Positions 38,761 to 52,559 of a stretch of DNA of 64,000 nt are shown here, piece after piece. The first letter of the stretch is position 1. Each line of letters begins with the position of its first letter. The position numbers and the translations under genes are program-made. The notes beneath the pieces were generated by a model that did not search any database, was not told where the DNA came from, and saw only the letters and a list, made by a program, of their open reading frames with translations. Source of the DNA: Paraspadella gotoi (lineage: Eukaryota > Animalia > Chaetognatha); contig CM119264.1 of the NCBI GenBank assembly GCA_051294375.1, positions 3,205,575 to 3,269,574 on the forward strand. Reading direction: 5' to 3'.

Positions 38761-39325
38761 GACTTCATGCCTCCCTGCCGAATCCGCCGTCTTGGCCAAC
38801 GTTGCAGTTAATGCCGACCTTGCCCAATGCCCACCATGCCAGGCATGTCGACTTTCAGAGCAAAGATACGAAGGGCGTCTTTTTGGAGGAAAGAAAAGCC
38901 TTTGAATTTTTTAAACCGATGACGACGACAACGACGACGACGACGACGACGATGAGGGTGATGATGATAACGGGAGAATATAATGTCTTTGTCCACAAAC
39001 AAAGATGGGGAAGTCAACAATGTTTCGTTATTCTCTATAAATGGTTCTTCTTTGACTTTATGTTACTCGTGCTTCAATCTTTGATGCGCCGGTCATGTTT
39101 CTGCCTGAAAAAAATAACTCAAATATTCATGACTATTTACGATGTAAATAACTGAATGTAACAATTTTATTGTATTCAACCAAATTTTGAGTCAAACTTA
39201 TTTTTTCGATAATAGTTTCTGTGTTACAATGATGTTTGTAAAGACATTATAAAGGGATCGAAAATGTAGCGCTTTTGAGCTCCTTTTTTATTTTATCCTT
39301 TGATTTGAATGTAATGATGACAGGA

Positions 39326-39419
<94 letters not shown>

Positions 39420-39788
39420 GAAACCAGGGTCATTTCTCGATCGGAAGTTCTCGTCCTGATTCTTTTTAATTCATTCCTCACTTTTTCCTCCGGGAAAATC
39501 GAATGTAGAGATAACAAAATCCAAAGGAATCGACGAGATTCTTGAGACGTGAGACTCACAGGGTGTGAGATTCACTGCGATTTCGGCGGTAAAGATTCAC
39601 AGGAGCGACCTTGACTCGTATTCGAACGGAGGGTCGATGCGAGGTGGCTTTTTTTTTTAGTCGCAGCGAACTCTTAAGGCGAATTAGGAAATTAAAAGAC
39701 GTAAGAAAAAAAGCAATAACAAAAAACGGATATAAATTAGAGGATTGCGCTCACTTCCTATGGTCATTGCGATGTTCACGACGCCTTA

Positions 39789-39821
<33 letters not shown>

Positions 39822-40494
39822 TCTCCTCTCTCTCTCGCCGCCTTCATCTCCTTTCGCGCTCTCTCTATCTCTCTCTCTCTCTGTGAATTCTTCAAATCTT
39901 CTCTCGCGGTGGATCGCAGTATTCGATGTAATTGTTATTTAGTCGAGAGAAGATTCCCTTGTTTTTTCAATATGTTCGCCTTCGAGATTCAACGGTCTGT
40001 TTTTGGTCGTTTAGATTTTTTATTTGGTGGGAGGATTGATTCGGATTTCGGGGGGGAGGGGGGGCGGCGTTTTGCATTATGCGGCCGGGGGGGGTTGGGT
40101 ACAGAAAACGAGAAATGTTAAGGGCGCTTTCCGCTGATGATAGAGTGTCCGTATATATAGTATATAGTAGTTATATATAGTATAATATAAATCCCAATTT
40201 TGAAGTTTCAAGAACGATAACCGTTCTCAGACGCAATGGAAGATTAAATTAATTTACAGATGCGATATTATAATCCTTTGCTTGGTATTAATAAAAAAAA
40301 AGAAAAGTATGTCTAATAAAATTATGTCTCCTAAGATTGATTCACTTCATGCAAGCAGACGTCATTATCACCTGATTGCATAGGCAGAATGGCACTCAAT
40401 CCCCGATTTCCAAGCAGAGGGGCAATTCACACCGATTCCCCAGCTATGGAAGCCAATCAGGTCATCACATCATTCACAACTCACCGCTCCTCAC

Positions 40495-40695
40495 TTTTTC
40501 GATAGGCGCACTCCTCGGATCCCGCCCCAACCCACATCCTTGAAACTGTGCGCAATGATGAGCTCGCGTTCGAAAATCGAAATCCGGACTCGTTCGTCCA
40601 TGGCAACCGGAGATCAACAACGCGGGCCAGCGAAGATCAAAGGCCGAAAACGAGACGTGAGCTCAAGGATATCGCGTGGACTCTGGCGCCGCCAT
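40495..40695 (-). CDS. p24/TMED protein, exon 1 (signal peptide and GOLD start), with indel errors
   Basis: Starts ATGGCGGCG. Combined with the duplicate at about 45703-45940 it reads ...LLISGCHG...FERELIIAHSFKMWVGAGSEECAY(Q/R)K, matching the p24 F.v...aG.eeCfyq motif. The phase-1 donor A|gtgagg joins exon 2. Confidence 0.75.
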
Positions 40696-41058
40696 ATTGT
40701 TTTCGTTTTTTTTTTTTAGGGAAGACGACAAACGAGACAACGACGACGCGACCGACGACGAACGACGAACGATCAAAGTGGAAGGAATTCGAAAAAAGAT
40801 ATGAACGACGAACCAAACAATTCGAACAAATAACGAACGCGCGTTCAAACAATCGTAGTAGCCTCGCTGTCTCGCACGTGCGTCGTCCGTCGTCGTCGTC
40901 GTCGTCGTCCGTCTCATTTGAATTCGACAGAAGAATTTTTGGGTGCGAAACATAGAGTTGTTTAGATTTTTCTTTTTTTTTCTTAATTTCCCATCCTTTG
41001 GGATTTTGGCATTTCCATTTCTAATCCTGAAAGAAAGTGAAGCGACGAGAGCAGAGAA

Positions 41059-41094
<36 letters not shown>

Positions 41095-44000
41095 CGAGAC
41101 GACGAGAGAGAGAGAGAAGAAAGAGAGGAGAGAGAGAAGAGAGAGAGAAAAGAAAGAAAGAAAGAAAGAAAGAAAGAAAAGAAAGAGAGAGAATGAGAGA
41201 GTTAAAAAAGAAAATTAAAGGAAGAGAAAGAAAGAGCAGAGACTGAGAGACATAAGGGAAAGAGAGACAGAGGGACTTATCTATAGCGGAACTGAGAGAT
41301 AGACAGACAGATCGTAGACAGAAAAACTGATCAAAGAAGGAGAGAGAGAGAGAATGAGAGAGCAGAGAGAGAGAAGAGAGAAGAGAGAGAAGAGGAAGAA
41401 AGAGAGAGAACAGAGAGAGAGGGGGGTGCGGCACGCCTCGAAAGGTTCGCTTCTATTCCCGCTAGAGATCGACTTTTTCGCGTGGAATGATTGACGTGCG
41501 ACGAGAACAGCTGTCGCTTTGGAAAGNNNNNNNNNNNNNNNNNNNNNNNNNGGTCTACGCATGGCCGGGAAGGGAAAGTTCTGATCCTTTCTTTCGACGC
41601 ATCTTTAATAAAAAATACAACGGTTTTATCGACAATAAAGTAAAAAATAATATCTGAGTTATCTTACTTAAGGTTTTTTTGCGGCTGAGCGCTTCAACTA
41701 AATCCAAAATTATGGGTACTTACCTTACAAATTAGCGCGGGTTTAAAATTTACAAAGCAGAACAAGGGAATTTATTTTTAAAGAACGTTTAGGGATTAAG
41801 GTGGTAATTGGAAAAGGAAAAATTTCATGTGAAGCAGGTCTGGAAATATGGATAATAAAAATACCTTTTATAATTCGGTTTCTGTTTTTTCGATGAAGGT
41901 TCAGTTTTCTTCAAAAATCGATAGTAAGGGCCGTTAGGCGAATAGGCAATATGGTCGAAGCACAGGAAGGGTGGGTTTCCCGAAGTGAGAAAGGGAAGAA
42001 AGGAAAAAAAAAATTAGGAAAAAAACCGGACTGAGAAATTCAGACTTGTGCTGAAATATAATCCTTTTGTTATTGAGGATAAAAATGATCGCGATTGACG
42101 CTGATCGTTCATTGAGTGCGAGAGAGAGAGAGAGACGAGAGAGAGAGATGCAGAGAGAGAGAGAGGAGAGGAGGAGAGAGAGAGAGACTAATAAGTAAAC
42201 TAAATTACGATGGATTCACAAAAAAAAATACGGGCTGAGACCACGCCGTTACGCCGGGAATTCCATCCATCCAACCCATGAGGTTTAGGAATATTGGTTG
42301 ATGGGGCAGCGCGCTATTCAAAGAAAACCTGATTTGGCTGCCGGTTCCAGAGATGCGACGACGAGTCACATATCGATAACCTTAAAAGAAGACTACCTTC
42401 AGGTCCTCTTCCAAAAGCTTTTGCGATTGGTGAATTCGTTGGAATAAGAATTTATAGTAACTCCGAAAATTGAACGGGCTTCTCATTGGGCACGAACAGA
42501 CAAAAATCCCAAACAGATTGGTGGGCGACTCTGGTATAAAAGGAAGCGATGGGAGGGAGTGGAAACACCGGATGGAATTCGGGACTTGAATGGCACGAGG
42601 TTGACGGAGGCGACGGCGGCTGCACGTTGCGTGCTCCACTTGCGAGAGAACGCTAAAGCAATTCCCAGTAACATGACTGAGATTGCCTCGTTCTAGCTTT
42701 TTCTTGGCGAAAGGGAAAGGGGGGTAATGAAAAAATAGGTCAGACTCGAGACTACGGGTTTTGATTAGGAGAATATTTCGTCGCACGCGACCATGAAATG
42801 CCGGTCTCTTTGAATTTAGTTAATCTTTCCGTCTGGACTAAATCTCCACTTGGCACTTTTATATTAAATAAACTATGAGTCATAGGGTTGTCGGCGAAAA
42901 AACAATGCAGTTATTTAATTTTGAATAGAGCGAATTAAAGATTACAAAAGGCAAAAAAGATAATCTGAAAATGATATTTATTTGTTTAAGGTTATGAGGG
43001 ACGCGAAAAATCATTTCCTTCGTTTGGTTAAATTCAAAGACAATTCGGAATAGAATTCTAACCTTAAAAAAAGTCAAATAACGTGTATTTAAAAAAATTT
43101 TAAAATACTTTTAATGACATTTCTAACAGTAAATACTTTTTACAAAAAAGATAAATTATAATTAATAATAAAAAAAAAAAATTTTGAATATGCCAAGAAT
43201 AACGATTTCTACCTCACCTCAGATCTAAAGTTAAATCTAAGCGTAATCAATATTATCAAGCCGTAAAGTCACGGAACAAATTTAATCGTTTTGAACGCGG
43301 AATAATGGGTAACATTCAAATAATCACGGAGATAAACTAGCATGTAGGTAGACTTATTTCTTCATTAAGCGAAAACACAAAATGACAGGCCGGTTGCGTG
43401 TTTTCTTTGACATTCAATAATGAGAGTATTACTACGAAGAGTAGAGCCTTTCACGAATGTTGATTTGATGGCGGCTCGTGACTTCTTGTAACTCGAGGAG
43501 GCCTAGATATTGCGAGGGCAAAGGCGGGGGGTGGCGTGGTGAGTGCTGGCCACCGGAAGTGGCACTGTCTCTATTCATCTTTAGTTTTGGAGGTTGGGGA
43601 TGGATGTTGGTTTTTGAGAGCTGTGGTGATAAGTTCTTATCATAAGGAGATTAGTGAGAGTGTTAGTTGTAAGGCTCGAAGATCTTCCGCCGCGCGCCCT
43701 CTCCCTCCGAGCCAACCATATCTGTGAGCACAAAACGATGATGTCGGTGGGTGGGGGAACCAAGAGTTGCAGCGGCTTTAGTTTTACCTCGATTAACAAG
43801 ATACATAAAGAGAAATTAACTCCCATCCCTGCGGATTCGTCGGGAAGGCTCGCCACGGAATTGAGCTTACCTCTCTTCCTCTGTCCTTTCCCGCGTACCT
43901 CTCCAGAGCCTGCAGTGTCCCGACTTTTGGGCAGGCGGCCTCGTTCCGCCTCGGAGGCCCGGATAATAGGTTTTTTGGGATTCGGTGATTGTCTTGTGCT

Positions 44001-45319
44001 TTTGCTTCTGAACGTGCTCTAGGACATTGGGACAAGAAATGAACATTTGGGACAAGAAGGACAGCATCATTTTATTACCGAGTGCTCACCATTTTTTCCA
44101 TTTCGCAGACTACTAGGGCGTACGCTGGAGCCCAATTTTGTTGGCGAAGAGTGGTGGTAGAGATAGACGGTTTGCAGACTTACCTCGAATTGCGAGTTTC
44201 GGTGCGGACCTTCTGGATTTGGAGTTTCCAATGCGGTGCTGTGGCAGCCGGGCACTCGGCGGTTCGCCCGCCGTCAGGCGGTCGGGGGAACGGTCGGTTG
44301 CCCGGGATGGGGAGACTTATTCCCGATCAATTTCCGCCGCGTTTAATTTCATTTGTGTTTGGTTAACCCTGGCGAGTGATCGGCAGCATTTTGAGGGAGA
44401 GACGTTAAGGAAAGGAGGCGGTGGTAGAAAGACGGAGACAAAATGACGCATGGTCATCAAAACAGATATAACCCCGAACCAACAAAGAGGTGTGTCTAAC
44501 TCCTACATAAGAATTTATTGAACGTTTTTAATCGAAAGACGTCCCACCGTCCCTCAGAAACATCGAGAGAAGGGTTTCATGACATGGCAGTCCTAACCGC
44601 GCAGTCGCAGCGACTATAATGTAAGATCCACCCCTCTCCCCGCCCGACATTAAGGGCCTCTACTGAGTTGTCAGCCCGTCTGCCTATGACCGGATAGGAA
44701 GATGCAACGCTCTCATCAGTCTGCCGCCTCGAATGACGGGAGATCGTCGAGACAGGACCGAGGCGCATTAACGCTCCATCGGCGGAACGACCGTCGAGTT
44801 CTTCGGCCGGTCTGGTTTCACTTTCGGCGTCCGCCACGTCGCCGTCCTCGCCGTAGGAATAATTCGGCGACGCCATGCGGCAAGCCGACCTCGCGGGATG
44901 AAAGACAGCGAATACGAGTCCCCGAGCTCGATGCGAGCTGGGTTGTCGCGATTAAATTGTTTCTCTGTAAAGGCGCCACTTGGTTTGCTCCCATGGCTTC
45001 ACCTTGAGAATGAGCGGCCGGTGAGGTGCGCTTCCAATAATAATTCGTGCGTGTGTACGGATCACCTAGGAAAAACCACTCGAAGGCTCGGATAAGTCCA
45101 AAGTATTGTTACGTATGGTTTTCCTACAAAAAGTTAAATGTATGTGGGAGAGGTCATTCGTTTTAAGTCAGGCGGTTCATATAAATATGCGACGTTCATC
45201 ACTACTATTTTGGTAGATTTTAAATAATTTAGCTTCACTTATTGTTCTGGTATCTACGAGTTTCTGCCCCCCGTATAGAAATTATTTGTTATTTATATTG
45301 TAGTAGACACAGTATATAT

Positions 45320-46793
45320 TAATATTATTATTGAGTATTATTACGTAGAATCCCAATCTTGTGTAGTTTCAAGAAACGTAAACCGTTTCTTCAGTACCAG
45401 ATTGAAGATGTATAAATTAATTTTTACAGATACGATTGCGATATTATAATTCCTTTGCCTGACCCACCTTCCCCCCGTGTAATGCTTAATAAAAAAAAAA
45501 AAGAAAAATGTCTAATAAAATTCTCTCGTCTCTAGATTTGTGTGTGTGTGTGTGTGAGCCAGAGTTTTATCACCTGATATGGCAAGCCCAGAATCTGGCC
45601 CAATCACCCGATTCCAAGCAGTGAGGGCACACGACCCGATCCATCAGCTATCGGAGCACCATCCAGCGTCATCACGATCATTTCCAACTCACACGGCTCT
45701 CACTTTTTGATAGGCCGCGTACCCTCCTGCTGATACCCCCGCCCCAACCCACATCTTGAAACTGGTGCCCGCAATGATATTGAGTCGCATTCGTTCGAAA
45801 GAATGCGAATTCGGACACTCGTTCGTCTCCGATTGGCAACCGGAGTCAACAACGTCCGACCACGAAGACAAAGCGCGGAAACAGAGACAGTTCTGAGCTC
45901 TCAAGGCATATCTCGTGGACTCTGGGATCGCCGCCTCATATTAGGTTTTCTTTTTTTTTTTTTTAGAAGGAAGCACTGACAACGACGACGACCAACGACG
46001 ACCACGACGACGACCTACGACGGGACGATCAGTAGTCGAAGGAACCGAAAAAAAAGATAGATAGACGCGAACAAGACACAATTCGCAACAAATACGACAC
46101 CGCGCGTTTCATAACAATCGTCAGTCGTTGTCTATCCGCCGTCGTCGTTCGTTGTCCGGATTAGTCGTCGCGTCGTCGTCGTCGTCGTCCCAGATCGTCA
46201 ATCGTCATTTTTGAAAATTCGGAGAGAAATGTTTTCATGCGCAAAACAAAATTAATGCATTTGCTTTAGGTTTTTTTCATCTCTATTGTTTTGCTTTATT
46301 TTCAATTTCTGAGAGGTGGGGAGGAGGAATCCGACACTCCCTTCTTTGAAGTAGCGAATGGTCGGGACCTCATTCGGGAGAATGAGAGGCGACTAAGATT
46401 CCATTTGGGCGTCGAATAGGTCGATCTTTGAAGAATACGCAATCCGTGGAGCCGGGAGAGAGAGAGCAAAAATGGGAAGAGGAGAGAGAGCACGTGCCAG
46501 GGCTAGAGGGGGAGACGAGAAAGAGAGAGCAGAGAAGAGAACGAGGAGAGAAGAAAGGAGGGAGAGGGGAGAGAGGGAGAAGAGCGGAGGAAGAAAGAGA
46601 AGAAAGAAAGAAAGATAAAGAAAGATAAGAAAGAAAGAAAGAGAGAGAATGAAGAGTTAAAAAAAGAATTAAAGCGAGAGAAGAAAAGAGGACAGACTGA
46701 GAGACATAAGGGAAAAGAGACACAGAGGGACTTATCTATAGCGGAAACTGAGAAGATAGACCAGACAGACGCGTAGACAGAAAAAACTGACAA

Positions 46794-46826
<33 letters not shown>

Positions 46827-47014
46827 GATAGAAGACGATAGACAGAGACGAGAGCAGGAGCGAGAAGAGAGAGAGAGAGATGAGAAATGAGAGAGAGAGA
46901 CAGAGAGAGGGGGTTGTCGCCCCTCGGAAAGGTTCGCTTCTATTCCTGCTAGAGATCGACTTTTTTCGCGTGGAATGATTGACGTGGGACGAGAACAGCT
47001 GTCGCTTTGGAAAA
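45320..47014. repeat. Noisy duplicate of about 40170-41526, including TMED exon 1 and its upstream region
   Basis: Collinear match up to gagaacagctgtcgctttggaaa, where the first copy hits the 25-N gap. Dense 1-2-bp indels. Confidence 0.85.
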
Positions 47015-47458
47015 GGTTTTCGTGTGATTCGACTCAGAGAAACAGAAGTAAAACAATCACCAGAGAGAGAGAGACAGAGAGTGCTGAGAGAGAGAGAGAG
47101 AGGCAGAGAGAGACGAGAGGAGAGAGACGAGAATGAGAGAGAGAGGAGAGAAGAGATGATGAGAAAGAGAGAAGAAGAGAATTTTAAATTTGAATTGAAT
47201 TATTCACGATTGGTACCCAATAAAAAACAATAAAAAGCTAATTCAATTACATTTAACTAGTCTAGAATTTATGGCATTCATCATTGCCAAATCTTGAGAG
47301 AGAGAGAGAGAGAGAGAGTGATGAGAGAGAGAGAGAGAGGAGGAGAGAATTTTAAATTTGAATTTGAATTTATTCAATTGGACCCAAAATAAAACAATAA
47401 AAAGCTACTTCATTACATTTAACTTAAAGTCTAAGAATTTAGGCATTCATCATGAAAT

Positions 47459-47518
<60 letters not shown>

Positions 47519-48048
47519 AAAGAGTGTTTTCAAAGTTATCTGATGCTGCAAATGTGAAAGACAATAAAGTAACTTTAAGCAATTAACATTACTTTACATC
47601 GCTCAGATAATACGCTTAATTCAATATTCTAGTCAACTAATTGGTGTAAACCGAGAAATTATATAGAAGTGAAAATTGAAACAAACTTTAGTGTAAATAA
47701 AAAAGATTCTGGAATTATCGTCAAAACTGAGTTTAAAATCTTTTCTGCCAGAAGGAGCAATTTCACATCGACCATCAACGACGATTCTCTGATTGAGTTC
47801 ATAAGTGAGTTTTCTTTCACACTTTGTGGTTTATTAATAGAACGACATTTGTGACTTTTTTCGATGAAATTATTTCTTTATCTATTTCTATCAACCCCAT
47901 TTCATTCATAGACAATGGTGTTTTTTGTTGCTTTTTGGTCGGTTCGTCGGTCGGTCGGTCATGTCATGTCATGTCACGAGAAATACACGTGATAAGTAAG
48001 GCAGTCAGTGCGTCCGCAACATCCATTCTTGTTTTATCTTCTTCTCTC

Positions 48049-48079
<31 letters not shown>

Positions 48080-48087
48080 CTCTCTCT

Positions 48088-48144
<57 letters not shown>

Positions 48145-48216
48145 CTTCTCTTCTCTCTCTCTCTCTCTCTCTCTTCTTTCAAGCGAGGACTACATAACCC
48201 AGCCTGTCGAGTGTCT

Positions 48217-48642
48217 TCATCGAATAGATACGAAACACTCTCTTACGGCGATCAAAACAATTCTCGTCCGCCGCGGATGACGCCGCCGTTGTCGCCGCTG
48301 CCGCTGCCGCTGCCCGACGTCGTCGTCATTGTCGTCGTCGTCGCCGTCGTCAATGGCGCCGAGGACAAAAATGACAAAGTTTGATTGGCGTTTTTCTGCT
48401 GATTCCTCGGAGATCGTTCTCCCCAAAGCAAGAGTTGTCAGCGTTTGTTCATGTCGAAAATTGCTGGGATGGTGGTGGTGGTGTGGTGGAGGCGGTGGAG
48501 GCGGTGGTGGCGGTGATGGCGGAGCGGGCAGTGGCGGGGCGGTGGTAGCGGCTGTGGCGGCCGGTGGCGGCTGTGGCGGCGGCGGTGGCGGTGGTGGCGG
48601 CGGCGTGTGTCGGCGTGATTTGGCGCACTCTGGTTCAAGCCC
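48217..48642 (-). CDS. Possible proline-rich low-complexity exon of an unidentified gene
   Basis: After the acceptor tttaaacag, an open frame reads GLEPECAKSRRHTPPPPPPPPPPQPPP...HHHHPSNF with mixed CCG/CCA/CCT codons in a GC-rich island. No recognisable domain. Confidence 0.4.
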   Translation of the reverse strand, partial: GLEPECAKSRRHTPPPPPPPPPPQPPPAATAATTAPPLPAPPSPPPPPPPPPPHHHHHPSNFRHEQTLTTLALGRTISEESAEKRQSNFVIFVLGAIDDGDDDDNDDDVGQRQRQRRQRRRHPRRTRIVLIAVRECFVSIR

Positions 48643-49511
48643 TGTTTAAAGTCTATGGACTGAACTTTCCTAAAAGTTCCGAATTTTGCAGGATAGATGT
48701 GAACTAGTGGTCTCGACATTATATCAAAAATTAAATTGTAAGATTTCTAACCTATCTGTTTCTAGCACCTAAACCTATCTATTACATGTCTTAAACGAGT
48801 AAATTATTTTTTTTAAATTGATATGGTTCCTCTTAACCAATAATAATTTATTTATTATCATATGGCGATAGAAAGCTGCTTTCCTGCCCCTATAACCTAC
48901 ACCAAGGTCAGAGACTCTTGAGAAAGGTTTGGTTGGGACGATGGTGGTTTTCCTATACAATACCCCACTAAAAAATTTCCCTCCAAAATTCATAAAAGGG
49001 TTTTTTTGAATTCAAAGTGCTCGTTTAATCGTTTAATCTGGAGGGGATTTTAAATTAGTTTTAATTGTTAGGATTATGTCTCATTTACCTTGTAGTTAAT
49101 GCCGAAATTAACGTGCTATTATTAACTTTTATTGACGCTCGCTCGGATTTTCTCATGGAAGAGGTCTATTGCAGGAATAATATATATATTATTTTCAGAC
49201 CTATATAAATTAACTAGAAAAAGCTCACTCCAAAACTTTCTCTTTCTTTCATAATTTACTCTGATTTTAACCAGTTAAACATGACGGGCATATTTGGTGT
49301 GTGTGTGTGTGAGTGAAAAATTGTCTAGATCATCGGTATCTTAGCGAATTTTTTAAGCGATTTTTATTTAAATCGAGTATAAGCATTTTTCCAATCAGGT
49401 TTGGTGTGTGTCTAAAAGTATATAAAGACGCCCGCGCTCTCGCTCTCTTCTCCTCTCTCTTGTAACGAAAAATTTGGATAAAAAGAAGGGAAAAGAGAAG
49501 AGAAAAAGTAA

Positions 49512-49552
<41 letters not shown>

Positions 49553-49754
49553 GAGAGAAAGAGAGAACTCGTGGCTGATAGAAAAGCATGAGACGTAGAG
49601 TGACGCGAGACGCCAGAGAGAGAAATACGATGTGAGTTGAGATAGAATAAGAAAGAATTTAAATAACAAGGAAGATAAACGAAGAAAGAGTTTAGTACTG
49701 TAGTAGTGAGAGAAAGAGAAGAAAAGAGTTATTGGAAGATAACAATATATATAA

Positions 49755-50190
49755 AACGAAGTTCGGCTCTGCAGCGGCGGTCCAGCGGCTGGTGCAGCTC
49801 TCTCTATCTTCTCTCTCTCCTTATATATTTTTCTCTCTCTCTCTCTCTCTTCTCTGTACTTTTATTATCCCATTTAGTCGGTCGGCTTTTATACTCTTGA
49901 CTGGTTTTGCGTGGCCTGCGGGCAACAGTAAACCAATGTCCGCAAGGAACATGATACCGATATAAACGAATACCTCGTAATAATGCGTTCTCGTTTGGCC
50001 GGTTGAACTTTCTCTTCTCTTCTCTCTCTCTCTCTCTCTCTCTCCCTGTCTGTCTCTGTCTATACGATCTCTTTGCGTGAGTGTATACAGATATTTTGAA
50101 AAATTTCTGCATTGTTTTTTTCCTTCTAAAACTTTTATTATTGCCATATTCCGCGCTTTTTCTCAAACAAAATCCCAAAATCACAATAAC
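49755..50190 (+). mobile_element. Dispersed CT-microsatellite-bearing repeat family
   Basis: ggctctgcag..gcggctg..tacgatctct..gcgtga..aaaacttttattat..tattccgcgctttt is shared with 25100-25370 and 31045-31320; the 5' part also occurs at about 51860 and 57550. Confidence 0.6.
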
Positions 50191-52559
50191 ATATATTTCG
50201 TGGCCGTTGCGGGGGCAACGATGGTCAAAACCAATGTCGAGGAACTGAACAATAAATAAGGTGCTTCGGATGGCAATTGGAAACGCTTACGAGTATAAAA
50301 ACATTTTGAACAAACAATGTCTGATCTGCCAACAAACAATTCGGTAATTAATTAATTAATTATCAATTATTTAATTATTTATTTAATTATTTAATTATTA
50401 TTAATTAATTAATTATTAATTAATAATTAATTCAAGTTAATTATTCTAATTAATTAATAATTAATTTATTCAAGTTAATTATTTAATCATTTAGACAATT
50501 TTAATTTATTGATTTTTCCGAAAAGAATAAATTGTTTATAAATGATTAAGTGGCTAATTAATTATTGATTAATTAATGACTAATGATTAATTAACTGATT
50601 AATTATTGATTAATTATACATCTTGCATTTACATTAAAGAAAACAAGAAAGCATAAATCAATTAGTGAACAGGTTCTTGTTTTTTTTCTATTTGAACTCA
50701 TTTCCACTCAAAACGATTATCGAAACTCTACTCTTCTCTCGCTATCACACATCTACCCAAATAAAAAATTTCAAGTCAAAATCGGCCCCATCCACTCATG
50801 AGTAATTGGTGTGATATAGTTGAATATATATTATTTTTAGTTTTTTTACCATTTAACCACCATTTCCACTCGGACAGAATTATCATCGAAACTTTATTCC
50901 AGCTCAATCAGACACTTCCTACCCACTACGCGCGCTAGGTTAAAAATTTCAAATAAATATTATAACTTTAATTAAAATTCTAACAAGTGGACGAACGAAC
51001 TATATTAATAAACATTTATGTAATAAAAAATTTATTAATAAATTTTACACATTTACGCAGTAGGCCTATATGTCTATACTAGTACTAAACCAATAATGGT
51101 GAAAATTAGAGTTTATAATTATAATATTCAGAAAAGTTTTAAATTGAAGAGATTTATATCAGATTGGATGCATAAAAGTTGCATAAAAAGAAATATAACT
51201 CTTTTGAAAAATTCCTTCATTAACGTGGGTCAAAAATAAAAAAAAACAATATTTTAAAGCTGAAAATTAACTTTTTATATATTATATATAGTTTTTTTAA
51301 TTTTTAACAATTTAATGAAAGGAATTTTAAAAATGATTATAGTATTTCTTTATCAACTTTTGATGAGGAATTCAAATCTGGCAACCATAAAAGATTAATG
51401 AAAAATTTCTGATGCAGCTGGGACTATATTCGACAATTCTCCTTGGATTTTTCGATTTTATAAGGATAGTAACCTATATATAAATATATCCTTACTGCGA
51501 AAATAAAAAAACATAAAATTAATTTTTTTACAAATTAATGTTTCACTTGATGGTTATGTTGTTTATAATTGACTTTTTAGAATTTTTGTATGTAACTTTC
51601 ACTACGCCTTACTACCCACACACACAAATTCATATTTCATTCCAATCCATCCATCCAATCACGAGTAATTTTGCTAAGTGGGACGGACACACGCACATTC
51701 TTATCATAATTCGATGTTCTGATGTATGTAACGTGAATGCACAGATTAGATGGGGGTGGACCGCGACCTGATCATTAAGTGATTTATAGAGATACTACTA
51801 ATAAAAGTTCAATCGTCTTGACTAGATTTCACCACCGTTCACTAGTAAACGACGTAAACGATTCCGGCTCTGGAGCTCGTCCAGCTTCTTTTTCTTTCTC
51901 TCTCTGTCTCTCTCTCGTATCTTCTCTCTCTCTCTCTCTCTCTCTCTTGATGTCTGTGGTTCCATCTCTCTCTGCCTCTCTCTTCTCTCTCGTCTCTCTC
52001 TCTCTCCTCTTTTTTTAAAATTTTTTTTATTCACTTTTTTTTCGGCTTTTCTTGTGTGATCAGTGAATCAGTTTAAAGTGTAAATCTGCACACATCTGCA
52101 AATGCATATACAACGTAAGTTTTGATTGCATCTATTGGAAGAAGAAAACCGACGACAACAACAAGAATAAAACGATTAAAACAACGCCATAGATGACAAC
52201 GAAAAACGGACGTCGAAGACCACGACGGAAAATGACGACGACAAAGACGACAAAAAGCCAATAATGAACTATACGATAATAAAATCATTTGCATATTGCA
52301 GAGAATCAAAACCCATATAAAAAGTACATTTGATTTTTTTTTCATTTGGTTATTAAAGGTTATTTTAAAAATTCTATTAAAATATTTTAGTATAATATCT
52401 TTATTTTAAAACAAATTACATTTCGAAGATATATTCTATAATCAATACTTCTCTAAGAAATTAATTGGCATGTGACATCATCTCTGTCTATATTAACCGT
52501 AAATGTGGGTGGATGGTCCTCGAAATGTAGGCGAAGGGTAGATCAGTGTTAAAGACCTC

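Noticed and set aside
38326-38799. 157-aa (AKAES)n ORF as a repetitive protein
   Set aside because: It is a by-product of a 15-bp tandem repeat that is open in several frames on both strands, inside a TMED intron.
39275-47543. Numerous ER-rich and SL-rich ORFs
   Set aside because: They are translations of (GA)n/(CT)n microsatellites.
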